Shown here: positions 1 through 8,917 of the stretch, piece after piece
How positions within the stretch are numbered: the stretch's first letter is position 1
Layout: the number at the start of each line of letters is the position of its first letter
DNA from: an uncultured Bacteroidales bacterium
GTDB lineage: Bacteria; Bacteroidota; Bacteroidia; Bacteroidales; Muribaculaceae
Reading direction: 5' to 3'
Length of the DNA stretch: 64,000 nt
Assembly: GCA_902793405.1 (NCBI GenBank)
Contig: CADBDH010000007.1
Coordinates: 5,712-69,711, forward strand
Made by a program: the position numbers and the translations under genes
The notes under the pieces: generated by a model
Seen by the model: only the letters and a program-made list of their open reading frames with translations
Databases searched by the model: none
Told to the model about the DNA's origin: nothing

Positions 1-9
1 AGCCTAACA

Positions 10-702
10 ATGGCCTGGAAAAGATATCTGACATCCTGGAGCCGCCACCATCGCAGTGGCGGCTTCGGTATCCATTCCCCTTACGCCTATCAGTTCGTGC
101 GCAACGTTTGGCGGCAGCCGTTGCCCTATTATGCCTACGGGGATCTAGGCCTGCTCATTGACACCATCCAGGACGGCACCACCAGGCAGCAACGGCGCGA
201 GATGGACCTCATCGATGAGCGCGAGGCGCGTCTGTTGTTCAGGGTGACCAACTTTTTCAACCCGCAGCGCATCCTGCAGTTGGGCCTCGCTACCGGTGTC
301 GAGAGCGTTGCCATGCTGGCGGTGAACCGTGAGAGCCGTCTCCACCTCTATGACCCGCAGCTGGAGCAGAACGCGCTTGCCCTGCGGGTGCTGCAGTCCC
401 AGCAGGGTAGGGCGGAGTTCTATGACGACCCCCTGGTGGCGGTCGATGAGGTACTGGAGGCTGCGGCGCCCTCGATGATGGCGCTGGTGAACAGGCCCGT
501 CGATGAAGCCTTGCTCTTGCGCCTGCTCGACGCCCGGTGCGTGCTCGTGTTGCGCAACATGAATCGCAACAAGCCCGTCTCGGCACTGTTCGACCGCTGC
601 TGCGACTACATGCCCATGGGCCAGACCTACACCAATGGCAAAATCGCCATCCTCAATCCCAATCCCAAGCTCCAACGCGAGGACTTCATGCTCTGGCTAT
701 AG
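10..702 (+). CDS. Conserved Bacteroidales hypothetical protein, SAM-dependent methyltransferase-like
   Basis: 230-aa ORF. The N-terminal GFGIHSPYAY motif and a degenerate LQLG motif I resemble the conserved Bacteroidales O-methyltransferase-like family. Confidence 0.55.
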   Translation: MAWKRYLTSWSRHHRSGGFGIHSPYAYQFVRNVWRQPLPYYAYGDLGLLIDTIQDGTTRQQRREMDLIDEREARLLFRVTNFFNPQRILQLGLATGVESVAMLAVNRESRLHLYDPQLEQNALALRVLQSQQGRAEFYDDPLVAVDEVLEAAAPSMMALVNRPVDEALLLRLLDARCVLVLRNMNRNKPVSALFDRCCDYMPMGQTYTNGKIAILNPNPKLQREDFMLWL

Positions 703-761
703 GCCAGGAAGATTGATTAGCCCGTCGGCTTGCGGCCTTTTCCGCAAATGGCAATATAAAG

Positions 762-796
762 CTAGCCGCCCGAATCATAACGATTCGGGCGGCTAG
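762..796. terminator. Bidirectional intrinsic terminator
   Basis: Perfect 15-bp stem CTAGCCGCCCGAATC / GATTCGGGCGGCTAG between convergent genes. Confidence 0.8.
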
Positions 797-820
797 TGTT
801 AATGCTAGTGTCTTCGCTAA

Positions 821-1693
821 TTACTTAACGGGACGAGCTGGCATCTGGGGACGAGCGGGCTTGGGGGTGTCGTCTACACCAACGGTCTCGATGTCGAAAA
901 TCAGAGTCTCGTTGGGCTCGATGCCGCGGTTACCCTGGGGACCGTAAGCGAGCTCACCGGGGATGACAACGGTTACCTTGCTGCCGGGCTTCATGAGCTG
1001 GATCATCTCGGCGAAGCCGGGGATGACTTGCTTCAGGTTGAAGGGCTGGGGATTCTCACCGCTCTTGTCAAACTCGGTGCCATCGAGGTGACGGCCCACG
1101 TAGTTAACCTTAACGACGTCGCTGTCGCTGAAGTTCTTGCCCTCACCGGCGTTGATCACCTTATAGGCGATACCGCTCTTGGTAAAGGTGTAGCTCTTGT
1201 CGTTTTTCAGCTTAGCCATGTACTCGTCACCAGCCTTCTTGTTGGCGATGGCCTTGGGAGACTGCTCCATAGCCTTGTTCAGCAGGGGCTCGATCTTGCT
1301 CTGCATAGCCATCATCTCTTCCTGACCCATGGGGGTGGTCTTCATGATAGCCTCACGCAGGTGCTTCATGAACAAGCTCTTGTTGAGGGGCATACCGCAC
1401 TGCTGCTCGATGCCAGCATAAAGCTGAGCAATCTGCATACCCATCTGCAGACCAGCCATGAAGTTCTTGCTGGTGTCGGCGTTGGCGATGTACTCCATAC
1501 CCTTCAGGGCTTGCTCCATGTTAACGGTGGAGTCCATACCACGCAGTTGCTGACCCATACCGGCGCCATAGAGGTCACCAAAAGCCATGCTCAGTGAATC
1601 CATGGCCTCACTGCTACCGCCAGCATTGCCGTTGCAGCCTACAAAACCAACGGTCAACAGACCGGTTGCTACAATTGCTAAAATCTTTTTCAT
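821..1693 (-). CDS. FKBP-type peptidyl-prolyl cis-trans isomerase, lipoprotein with N-terminal helical domain
   Basis: Lipobox ending GFVGC. FKBP core VNYVGRHLDGTEFD, VIPGF and ELAYG. Confidence 0.9.
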   Translation of the reverse strand: MKKILAIVATGLLTVGFVGCNGNAGGSSEAMDSLSMAFGDLYGAGMGQQLRGMDSTVNMEQALKGMEYIANADTSKNFMAGLQMGMQIAQLYAGIEQQCGMPLNKSLFMKHLREAIMKTTPMGQEEMMAMQSKIEPLLNKAMEQSPKAIANKKAGDEYMAKLKNDKSYTFTKSGIAYKVINAGEGKNFSDSDVVKVNYVGRHLDGTEFDKSGENPQPFNLKQVIPGFAEMIQLMKPGSKVTVVIPGELAYGPQGNRGIEPNETLIFDIETVGVDDTPKPARPQMPARPVK

Positions 1694-1748
1694 AATAATA
1701 AAAAACCAGTTTTTTTAAATGAATTGAATGTTGTAATAAAAATGTTGT

Positions 1749-2282
1749 TTAGTTCTTCTTGTTCACCTTAATCAGCTCAACGTCAAAGATGAGGGTCGAG
1801 TTGGGAAGGATCTGGTCACCGGCGCCCTTTGAGCCATAAGCGAGCTCGCTGGGGATGAACAGGCGGTACTTGGCGCCTTCACTCATCAGCTGCAGGCCCT
1901 CGGTCCAGCCGGGGATGACTTTGTCCAGGGGGAAGGTGGCGGGCTCGCCACGCTCAACGCTGCTGTCAAACACGGTGCCGTTGAGCAGTTTGCCGGTGTA
2001 GTGCACGGTCACTTCGTCGGTGGGACCGGGCTTGGCTCCGGTGCCTTCTTTCAGTACCATGTACTGCAATCCGCTCTCGGTTTGCACGACGCTGTCATTC
2101 TTGGCATTCTGTTCCAAGAACTCGCGGCCCAGGGTCTTGTTGTCCTTGATCTGCTGGCCATTGTCGGGAGCGGCCTGCTCGGTGCTCTCAGCGCTTTCGT
2201 TGGTTGAATTGCTGTTACTGCTACAACTTGCCATTCCGGCCATGAGCATGGCAGCCAATGCGATAGAGAAAATCTTCTTCAT
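1749..2282 (-). CDS. FKBP-type PPIase, short lipoprotein form
   Basis: Lipobox ending GMASC. Motifs [25 protein letters not shown] and ELAYG. Confidence 0.92.
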   Translation of the reverse strand: MKKIFSIALAAMLMAGMASCSSNSNSTNESAESTEQAAPDNGQQIKDNKTLGREFLEQNAKNDSVVQTESGLQYMVLKEGTGAKPGPTDEVTVHYTGKLLNGTVFDSSVERGEPATFPLDKVIPGWTEGLQLMSEGAKYRLFIPSELAYGSKGAGDQILPNSTLIFDVELIKVNKKN

Positions 2283-2300
2283 TGCTTCGTGAAATATCGG

Positions 2301-2888
2301 TTATTTCTTTTCGACCTTGATAAGCTGCACGTCAAAGATGAGCGTCGAGTTGGGTTGGATGGGACCGGTGCCGTGGGGGCCATAGGCGAGATTAGACGGG
2401 ATGAACAGCCTGTAGGCCGAACCCTCGCGCATCAGCTGCAGACCCTCGACCCAACCGGGGATGACCTGGCCGACAGCAAAGGTGGCGGGCTCGCCGCGCT
2501 CCACGCTGCTGTCAAACACGGTGCCGTCAATCAGCTTGCCGGTATAGTGTACGGTAACCACGTCGTTGGGGCCGGGCTTCTCACCTTCACCCTCTTTAAT
2601 CACCTGATACTGGAGGCCGCTGGCGGTAACCTGTACGCCCTCGGCACTCTTGTTCTTCTCGAGATATTCGCGACCCAGACGCTCGTTCTCCTCGGCTCCC
2701 TGCTTCTCCAGGTTGGTGAAGAATTCGGTGACGATTTGTTTAGCCTCGTCAAAGGTCATCTTCTGCTCTGCACCTTCAAAAATGGCCCTCAAGCCATCGG
2801 CAAAGTCATTGATATCCAGTTTCTTGATGCCCGAGCCAATGAAGTTTCCACCCATGCTCAAGCCTAATGCGTAACTCAATTTATCCAT
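2301..2888 (-). CDS. fklB: FKBP-type PPIase (FklB/Mip-like), no signal peptide
   Basis: N-terminal DKLSYALG dimerisation motif. Also VHYTGKLIDGTVFDSS and VIPGWVEGL. Confidence 0.9.
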   Translation of the reverse strand: MDKLSYALGLSMGGNFIGSGIKKLDINDFADGLRAIFEGAEQKMTFDEAKQIVTEFFTNLEKQGAEENERLGREYLEKNKSAEGVQVTASGLQYQVIKEGEGEKPGPNDVVTVHYTGKLIDGTVFDSSVERGEPATFAVGQVIPGWVEGLQLMREGSAYRLFIPSNLAYGPHGTGPIQPNSTLIFDVQLIKVEKK

Positions 2889-2920
2889 TGAAAAATCTTC
2901 TTTTTTTGTAAAAAACGGTG

Positions 2921-2978
2921 CAAAGATAGTGATTTATGTGATTGGGTGTACTTTTTTAGAAAAAATTTACTATTTTTG
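2921..2978. promoter_or_regulatory. Divergent Bacteroidetes promoter pair (-7 boxes)
   Basis: TATCTTTG on the minus strand (2921-2928) and TATTTTTG on the plus strand (2971-2978). Both match the TAnnTTTG consensus. Confidence 0.6.
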
Positions 2979-3023
2979 CTATCACATTAGTAAATAACCT
3001 GTGATAACTTTAATAAGAGGCAA

Positions 3024-3740
3024 ATGACTATGAACAAGAAGAAATTAGTGATTTCGTCAGGAGCTGGCATCAGCGCCGAGAGCGGCATCAAGACCTTCCG
3101 CGATTCCGATGGCCTGTGGGAAAATTATCCTGTGATGGAGGTGGCAAGTCACGAGGGCTTCCTGCGCAATCCGGCCCTCATCCACAAGTTCTATAACGAG
3201 CGCCGTGCGCAACTGGTCAACGCCCAGCCCAATGCTGCCCATCTGGGCCTGGTGGAACTGGAGAAGGACTTTGACGTGCGCGTCATCACCCAGAATGTGG
3301 ACGACCTGCACGAGCGTGCCGGCAGCACCCATGTCCTGCACCTGCACGGCGAGTTGATGAAGGTGCGCTCGCTCAGGCGCGAAGACAGGGAGTACGTCCT
3401 GCCTTGTGATCAGCTGACCGACAAGGGCCTGGTGACCAGCGTGGACACGCGCGACCCCTATGGCGACCCTGTGAGGCCCCACATCGTCTTCTTCGGTGAG
3501 GCTGTGCCCAACATGGAGGCTGCGGCCCAACTGGCACACGATGCCGACATCTTTGTCGTCATCGGCACCACGCTGGTGGTTTATCCTGCCGCTGCACTCA
3601 TCCAGTATGTGAAGCGCGGTGTGCCCATCTATTACATCGACCCCAATCCCGCCTCGGTGCCCGACTGGGTACATGTAATCAAGAAGCCGGCAACCCAAGG
3701 TGTCGCCGACCTGATCAACATCCTGCGCAACAACGCATGA
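3024..3740 (+). CDS. cobB: NAD-dependent protein deacylase (sirtuin)
   Basis: Motifs GAGISAESGIKTFR, TQNVDDLHERAG, HLHG, RPHIVFFGE and GTTLVVYPAA. The start may be the second Met at 3030. Confidence 0.93.
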   Translation: MTMNKKKLVISSGAGISAESGIKTFRDSDGLWENYPVMEVASHEGFLRNPALIHKFYNERRAQLVNAQPNAAHLGLVELEKDFDVRVITQNVDDLHERAGSTHVLHLHGELMKVRSLRREDREYVLPCDQLTDKGLVTSVDTRDPYGDPVRPHIVFFGEAVPNMEAAAQLAHDADIFVVIGTTLVVYPAAALIQYVKRGVPIYYIDPNPASVPDWVHVIKKPATQGVADLINILRNNA

Positions 3741-3766
3741 AAAAAGTTAGGGCAAGAAGGCCAGCC

Positions 3767-3794
3767 CTCTAAACCCTAAACTCTAAACTCTAAA
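3767..3794. repeat. Heptamer tandem array (CTCTAAA x4, one unit CCCTAAA)
   Basis: Read directly from the sequence. It reads TTTAGAG on the minus strand, downstream of the lipoprotein gene. Confidence 0.8.
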
Positions 3795-3797
3795 CTT

Positions 3798-3827
3798 CAA
3801 GGAGGCAAGCATCTGCTTGCCTCCTTG
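3798..3827. terminator. Bidirectional intrinsic terminator
   Basis: Perfect 13-bp stem CAAGGAGGCAAGC-ATCT-GCTTGCCTCCTTG between convergent genes. Confidence 0.8.
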
Positions 3828-3829
3828 AA

Positions 3830-4186
3830 TTAATCCTTGAACTTGATGATGCAGTCTTCGCCAGCATGAATCGTGACGATGTCCTGATAGAGCAGGCGCT
3901 CGTTCTTTTGCCTGACCATCACCTGTCGCGTTCCTTGTTGGGCGCCGTAGCGCATTCCCTTGACCTCGCCGTCGACAATCTGGGCGGTCGAGGCCAGAAA
4001 GGTCTTGTCAAGGCCCGAGATGTTGACCCACAGGTCATCATACTGCTTGCCCGACTCGCTCACAAATATCAAGAAACCGAAGGTGTCATAAGTGCCGGTG
4101 CCTTTTGCCAGCTTGTAGCTGTAGCCCGAGCAAGCGCTCAGCAACAGGCACACGAGGCATAACAATGCTGGCAAGAACCGTTTCAT
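3830..4186 (-). CDS. Small hypothetical lipoprotein
   Basis: Signal MKRFLPALLCLVCLLLSAC (ATG at 4186). The mature part looks beta-rich. It lies immediately downstream of the SDR gene. Confidence 0.7.
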   Translation of the reverse strand: MKRFLPALLCLVCLLLSACSGYSYKLAKGTGTYDTFGFLIFVSESGKQYDDLWVNISGLDKTFLASTAQIVDGEVKGMRYGAQQGTRQVMVRQKNERLLYQDIVTIHAGEDCIIKFKD

Positions 4187-4199
4187 CGTCACAGTCTAT

Positions 4200-5159
4200 T
4201 TACTTGGTGATGCCGAACTTGATGCGCAATTTCTCGATCATGTCCTTGGTCATGGCATCGAGGTCGTACTCGGGCTTCCAGTCCCACTCCACGCGGGCAC
4301 AGGTGTCGTCCAGCTTGTTGGGCCAGCTGTCGGCAATGCCTTGACGCAGCGGGTCAACTTCATACTCCATCTCAAACTCGGGGATGTACTCCTTGATCTT
4401 GTGGTAGATGACCTCGGGATCAAAGCTCATCGAAGCGATGTTGAACGAGTTGCGGTGTACAAGACGCGTCGGGTCGGCCTCCATGATCTCGATGGCGGCG
4501 CGCAGGGCGTCGGGCATGTACATCATGTCCATCAGCGTGCCGGGAGCGATAGGGCAGATGAACTTCTTGCCCTGGACGGCGCTATAATAGATGTCCACGG
4601 CATAGTCGGTAGTGCCGCCACCCGGAGGGGTCACGTAGCTGATCAGGCCGGGGAAGCGCACCGAGCGGGTGTCCACACCGAACTTGAGGGCGTAGTAGTT
4701 GCTCAGCAACTCACCGGTCACCTTGGTAACACCGTACATCGTGCGGGGCTGCTGGATGGTGTCTTGGGGAGTGCCGTCCTTGGGAGCATTGGGGCCAAAC
4801 GAACCGATGCTGCTGGGGGTAAACACAGCGCATTTCTTCTCGCGTGACACCTCGAGCACGTTCATCAAACCGTCGATGCCGATGTGCCAGGCCAGTTGGG
4901 GCTTGTTCTCGGCAACGGCGCTCAGCAGGGCTGCCAGGTTGTAGATGGTGTCGATGTTGTACTTGTCGACCACAGCGCCGATTTGGGCGGCGTTGGTGAT
5001 GTCAACGATTTCCGAGGGACCGCTCTCGGCGAGTTCGCCCTTGGGCTCGGCGCCAGGAATATAACCGGCCACCACGTTGCCTGTGTAGATACCTCTCAAC
5101 TTCATTGTCAGCTCCGAACCGATTTGTCCTGTCGAGCCGATAATCAGAATATTTTTCAT
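4200..5159 (-). CDS. NAD-dependent epimerase/dehydratase family, L-threonine 3-dehydrogenase-like extended SDR
   Basis: GSTGQIG Rossmann motif, YGVTK catalytic YxxxK, and PGGGTTDYAV, which is typical of SDR-type threonine dehydrogenases. Confidence 0.85.
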   Translation of the reverse strand: MKNILIIGSTGQIGSELTMKLRGIYTGNVVAGYIPGAEPKGELAESGPSEIVDITNAAQIGAVVDKYNIDTIYNLAALLSAVAENKPQLAWHIGIDGLMNVLEVSREKKCAVFTPSSIGSFGPNAPKDGTPQDTIQQPRTMYGVTKVTGELLSNYYALKFGVDTRSVRFPGLISYVTPPGGGTTDYAVDIYYSAVQGKKFICPIAPGTLMDMMYMPDALRAAIEIMEADPTRLVHRNSFNIASMSFDPEVIYHKIKEYIPEFEMEYEVDPLRQGIADSWPNKLDDTCARVEWDWKPEYDLDAMTKDMIEKLRIKFGITK

Positions 5160-5340
5160 TGCAGTAAAAGTTTATGTTCAGGTCTATGTTTTCTAACCAA
5201 GCGACAAAAATACACCAATTATCAATAATGTGCAACATCACCCTTGAATTTTTTTTCATCCTGTCCCCAAATGGCAGGGCACTGTCGCCCCCTGCGTGTT
5301 AAAATCAATGTAAATGCTTGCCCTGTTGTCATAAAAAACA

Positions 5341-5348
5341 TATCTTTG
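5341..5348 (+). promoter_or_regulatory. -7 promoter box
   Basis: TATCTTTG upstream of the 5431 ORF. Confidence 0.55.
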
Positions 5349-5430
5349 CGCTCGACAAGACCGCATCGTCAGATTTGTTGACCGCTATCGAGCGTTTTGT
5401 TCATCACACTTTCTCATGAGATAAAGACAA

Positions 5431-6639
5431 ATGGTTAAATATGCCCACATCCTGTTGTTTTCAGTGCTGGCGTTGGTTTCGCTTGGCGCTTGGGGTCTAG
5501 ACATGCCTGCCGACACCATTGCACCGGTCGATTCGGTCGAGCACTTGAACAAGTTCCAGCAGCTGAAAGCACGTGCTCAGGAGCGCATCGAGGAGAAGAT
5601 GAACGAGCCCTGGGACACCATACGCGACGGTACCTACTGGTGGCGTGCCCTCAAGCACGGCAAGATCGACTTGACGGGCAAGACCATCCAGTATCCCAAG
5701 TTCCTGCGATTTGCCTGGAGGGTCTATAAATGGGGTGACAAGGCCTTCAACAGCTACGACTCCTCTTATGTGGTGAGCACTGGCAAGAATTGGAAGTTCA
5801 TGTTCAAGTCCAATATCTGGAACGACAATTATCAGGGCGAGCCGTCGGTCAAGGACATGCATGTGGACATGCGCAGCAAGTTGGCAGCCAATGCGGGTTT
5901 CCAGCTCTCGTTCATGGCGGTGAGTGTGGGCTATACCTTGGGTATCACCAACCTGATTAATGGCGAGAAGGTATCCAACAAGATTGATTTCTCTTTCACT
6001 TGTGCCCGATTTGCCGCCGAGGCCTATTATATGGAAAACCGGGGCACCACCACTGCATGGATAAAAGGAAAGACCGATGGCGAAAAATGGAAAACGAAGA
6101 TTAAGGAATTTGGCGGACTGCAACGCAAGGCCTACGGCATGAGTGCCTACTATTTCTTCAACAATCGCCGTTACGCCCAGGCGGCAGCCTACTGCTTCTC
6201 CAAGTACCAGAAGCGCAGTGCCGGCTCTTTCATCGCGGGCATCTGCCTGCAGCATCGTGATATGTCCATTAACATGGATGAGTTGCCGCCAATCGTTGTG
6301 GACCAGATTCCGCCTGGACAGGAGATACCCCACTTCCTCTATAATGACTATTGCGTGATGGCCGGTTATGGCTACAACTGGGTGTTGGGACCGAAGTGGC
6401 TGCTCAATTTTACGGTGACGCCCTATGTGGGCTACCGCCATATGTTAGCCACCCAGAATGAGGACCGCGCCAGCGCTTGGTCCCTGAACATGCGTGCGCG
6501 CATGGGCGCCGTTTATAACCACAAGAAGTATTTTGTGGGGTTGCAGAGCTATGGGGACTTCCACCGTTACAAGTCCGAGAAGCATCACTTCTTTGGCTCA
6601 CTGCTCGACTTCACTGCCCTCGTCGGTATCCGTTTCTAG
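5431..6639 (+). CDS. DUF4421-like outer-membrane beta-barrel protein
   Basis: Signal peptide, aromatic beta-strand pattern, C-terminal VGIRF, and the QAAAYCFSKYQKRSAGS motif characteristic of this Bacteroidales family. Confidence 0.7.
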   Translation: MVKYAHILLFSVLALVSLGAWGLDMPADTIAPVDSVEHLNKFQQLKARAQERIEEKMNEPWDTIRDGTYWWRALKHGKIDLTGKTIQYPKFLRFAWRVYKWGDKAFNSYDSSYVVSTGKNWKFMFKSNIWNDNYQGEPSVKDMHVDMRSKLAANAGFQLSFMAVSVGYTLGITNLINGEKVSNKIDFSFTCARFAAEAYYMENRGTTTAWIKGKTDGEKWKTKIKEFGGLQRKAYGMSAYYFFNNRRYAQAAAYCFSKYQKRSAGSFIAGICLQHRDMSINMDELPPIVVDQIPPGQEIPHFLYNDYCVMAGYGYNWVLGPKWLLNFTVTPYVGYRHMLATQNEDRASAWSLNMRARMGAVYNHKKYFVGLQSYGDFHRYKSEKHHFFGSLLDFTALVGIRF

Positions 6640-6663
6640 AGGGCGTGCTGTCCTGCGTTGACC

Positions 6664-7569
6664 TTACGCCTGCTTGCGGTATTGGCTGGGCGACATCCCC
6701 GTCTGTGCTTTAAACAGGCGGGTAAAGTGTTGTGAATAAAGGAAGCCCAGGCGGTAGGCGATTTCGCTGATGCCCTGGTCGCCCTCGCGCAGCAGGTGCT
6801 TTGAGCGCTCGATGATGGCATGCTGGATGTGGTGTTGGGCTGTCGTTCCCGTCTCTTTCTTGATCAGGTCGCCAAAGTAGCTGGCCGACAGGCACGCCTT
6901 GTCGGCAAAATAGGCTACCGAGGGGAGGCCGTTGCGCTCGGGATGGCCGTTTTCAAAGTATTCCTTCAACTGTCGCTCGAACTGCGAGAACACCTCCGAG
7001 CACTGTTTGTGGCGGGTGATGAACTGGCGGTCATAATAGCGCATGCAGTAGTCCAGCAGCATGGCGATGGCATCGGTGATAAGGGTCTGTGAGTGGTTGT
7101 CCACCGGATGCTCCAGCTCGGCCTCGATTTGCTCCATCAATGTGATGATGATGGTTCTTTCCCGCTCGCTCAAGTGCAAGGCTTCACGCTGGCCGTAGTC
7201 AAAGAAAGTGTAATCATGGATTTTCCGGCCCAGTGCTGTGCCGTGGATGAGGTCGGGGTGAAACAGCAGGCCGCGTGAGGGCGGCATGGGCAGGTCTTCA
7301 CGCCATTCGGTGGTGACCGTCTGCCCCGGGGCAAAGGTCACGATGGTTCCCTCCTGATAGTCATAGGTCTCCCGTCCGTAGCGTGCGATGCAGCCATCGC
7401 CCTGTTTCAGGAAAAGGCCGTAAACCTTGTAGCGTAACGTCGCTCCGTTCATCCATTCGGGGATTGAATCGTGATTGATGACTGTCACCAGCGGGTGCAG
7501 CGTTTCCTTTCCGTAACATTTGTTGTACTGGTCGATGCTGTCAAGCAGATATGTATTCGGCTGTTTCAT
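6664..7569 (-). CDS. AraC-family transcriptional regulator
   Basis: C-terminal double HTH (LSASYFGDLIKKETG; ISEIAYRLGFLYSQHFTRLFKAQTGMSP). Divergent from the flavodoxin gene. Confidence 0.93.
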   Translation of the reverse strand: MKQPNTYLLDSIDQYNKCYGKETLHPLVTVINHDSIPEWMNGATLRYKVYGLFLKQGDGCIARYGRETYDYQEGTIVTFAPGQTVTTEWREDLPMPPSRGLLFHPDLIHGTALGRKIHDYTFFDYGQREALHLSERERTIIITLMEQIEAELEHPVDNHSQTLITDAIAMLLDYCMRYYDRQFITRHKQCSEVFSQFERQLKEYFENGHPERNGLPSVAYFADKACLSASYFGDLIKKETGTTAQHHIQHAIIERSKHLLREGDQGISEIAYRLGFLYSQHFTRLFKAQTGMSPSQYRKQA

Positions 7570-7573
7570 GGTG

Positions 7574-7675
7574 CAAAGATATAGAAAAATGTGGGATTTG
7601 AGCCGACTTCGGGAATTATGGTATTTATTTCCGTGATTCGTATAAATGCCAATGGCTCAAATGGGTATAACTTTG
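7574..7675. promoter_or_regulatory. Divergent -7 promoter boxes for araC and the flavodoxin operon
   Basis: TATCTTTG on the minus strand (7574-7581) and TAACTTTG on the plus strand (7668-7675). Confidence 0.55.
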
Positions 7676-7708
7676 CATTGATTTTAACAACTAGAGTAAT
7701 CATACGAT

Positions 7709-8866
7709 ATGAAACGGATTATTTTTATCATGGCGATTATGATGGCATGTTGCTCGGTACAAGGCTTGGCCAGTGTGACCGATGCTGGCAAGGTGTTGGT
7801 GGTTTATTACAGCTATACGGGTAATTGCCGCCAAATAGTAGAGTCACTGACTGCTCAGATTGAAGCTGATGTGATGGAAATCGAGCCTGCCGAGAAGGGT
7901 TTGCAATATGAGGCCAACAACTACGCCCTGGGGATGCAACTGTTGAATGCTATTAATGCTGCGCCCAACGATCCCGATAGCTATCCTGCTATCGACCCGG
8001 TGACGATTTCCGACCTGAGCGGATATGACAATATCATCATCGTCACACCGTTGTGGTGGAGCCAGATGGCTGCTATCATGCAGACTTATCTCTTCAATTA
8101 TGGTTCGCAGATGGCCGGTAAACACGTGGGGCTGATTGTGTCAAGCCATTCCAGCGGTATCTCTCAGGTAGTGGCCGATGCCAAGCGCCTCGTGCCCGAT
8201 GCTGTGTGGATGGGAGATGCCTTGTGGATCAAGGCCAGCAACCATTCCAACCGTGCTACATTGATACAGAACTGGATAGCCTCGCAGGATTTTGCCCCAG
8301 GGCAATCAACGATGGATAAACTGTTCGTTACCATTGATGGCGTGACCCAGTCGGCGACGCTTGCCGATAATGCTGCCACAAGGGAGCTGGTGAACAGGCT
8401 GCAGGAGGCTTCAATCACGGTAACGCTCAATTCCAGTGGTGGCTTTGAGATATGGGGACCACTGGGTTTCTCACTCCCCACGAGCAATGAGCAAGTCTAT
8501 GCCCAACCGGGTGATATCGTCCTGTACAATGGCAGCAACATTTGCCTCTTTTATGGCTCTAACTCATGGAGCTATACCCGCCTGGGCCACATTGACAACT
8601 TGACCCAAGATGAGTTGAGGACGTTCCTCAAGGCAGGCGAAAGCAATATCAACGTCACCTTGTCGCTCACGTCGGGTCCCGCGGTAAAGAGGGGCGACGT
8701 TAACGGTGATGGCGAAGTGAACATCGGTGATGTGACCACCTTGATCGACTATTTGTTGAGCGATGAAACGGCTCCAGACATGGCCGATGTCAACGAGGAC
8801 GGCGAAGTGAACATCGGTGATGCCACCAAAATCATTGATATAATCCTCAGCGACGACTCAAATTGA
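7709..8866 (+). CDS. Secreted flavodoxin + cyclophilin-like + dockerin-like fusion protein
   Basis: Signal peptide. Flavodoxin motif LVVYYSYTGN...TPLWW. Cyclophilin-like fold (PGDIVLYNGSNICLFYGSNSWSYTRLG). C-terminal duplicated DVNxDGEVNIGD. Confidence 0.8.
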   Translation: MKRIIFIMAIMMACCSVQGLASVTDAGKVLVVYYSYTGNCRQIVESLTAQIEADVMEIEPAEKGLQYEANNYALGMQLLNAINAAPNDPDSYPAIDPVTISDLSGYDNIIIVTPLWWSQMAAIMQTYLFNYGSQMAGKHVGLIVSSHSSGISQVVADAKRLVPDAVWMGDALWIKASNHSNRATLIQNWIASQDFAPGQSTMDKLFVTIDGVTQSATLADNAATRELVNRLQEASITVTLNSSGGFEIWGPLGFSLPTSNEQVYAQPGDIVLYNGSNICLFYGSNSWSYTRLGHIDNLTQDELRTFLKAGESNINVTLSLTSGPAVKRGDVNGDGEVNIGDVTTLIDYLLSDETAPDMADVNEDGEVNIGDATKIIDIILSDDSN

Positions 8867-8917
8867 GAACCGCGAGCACCGAGCAATTATTATAACAGAT
8901 AATATAATAAGAAAGAG

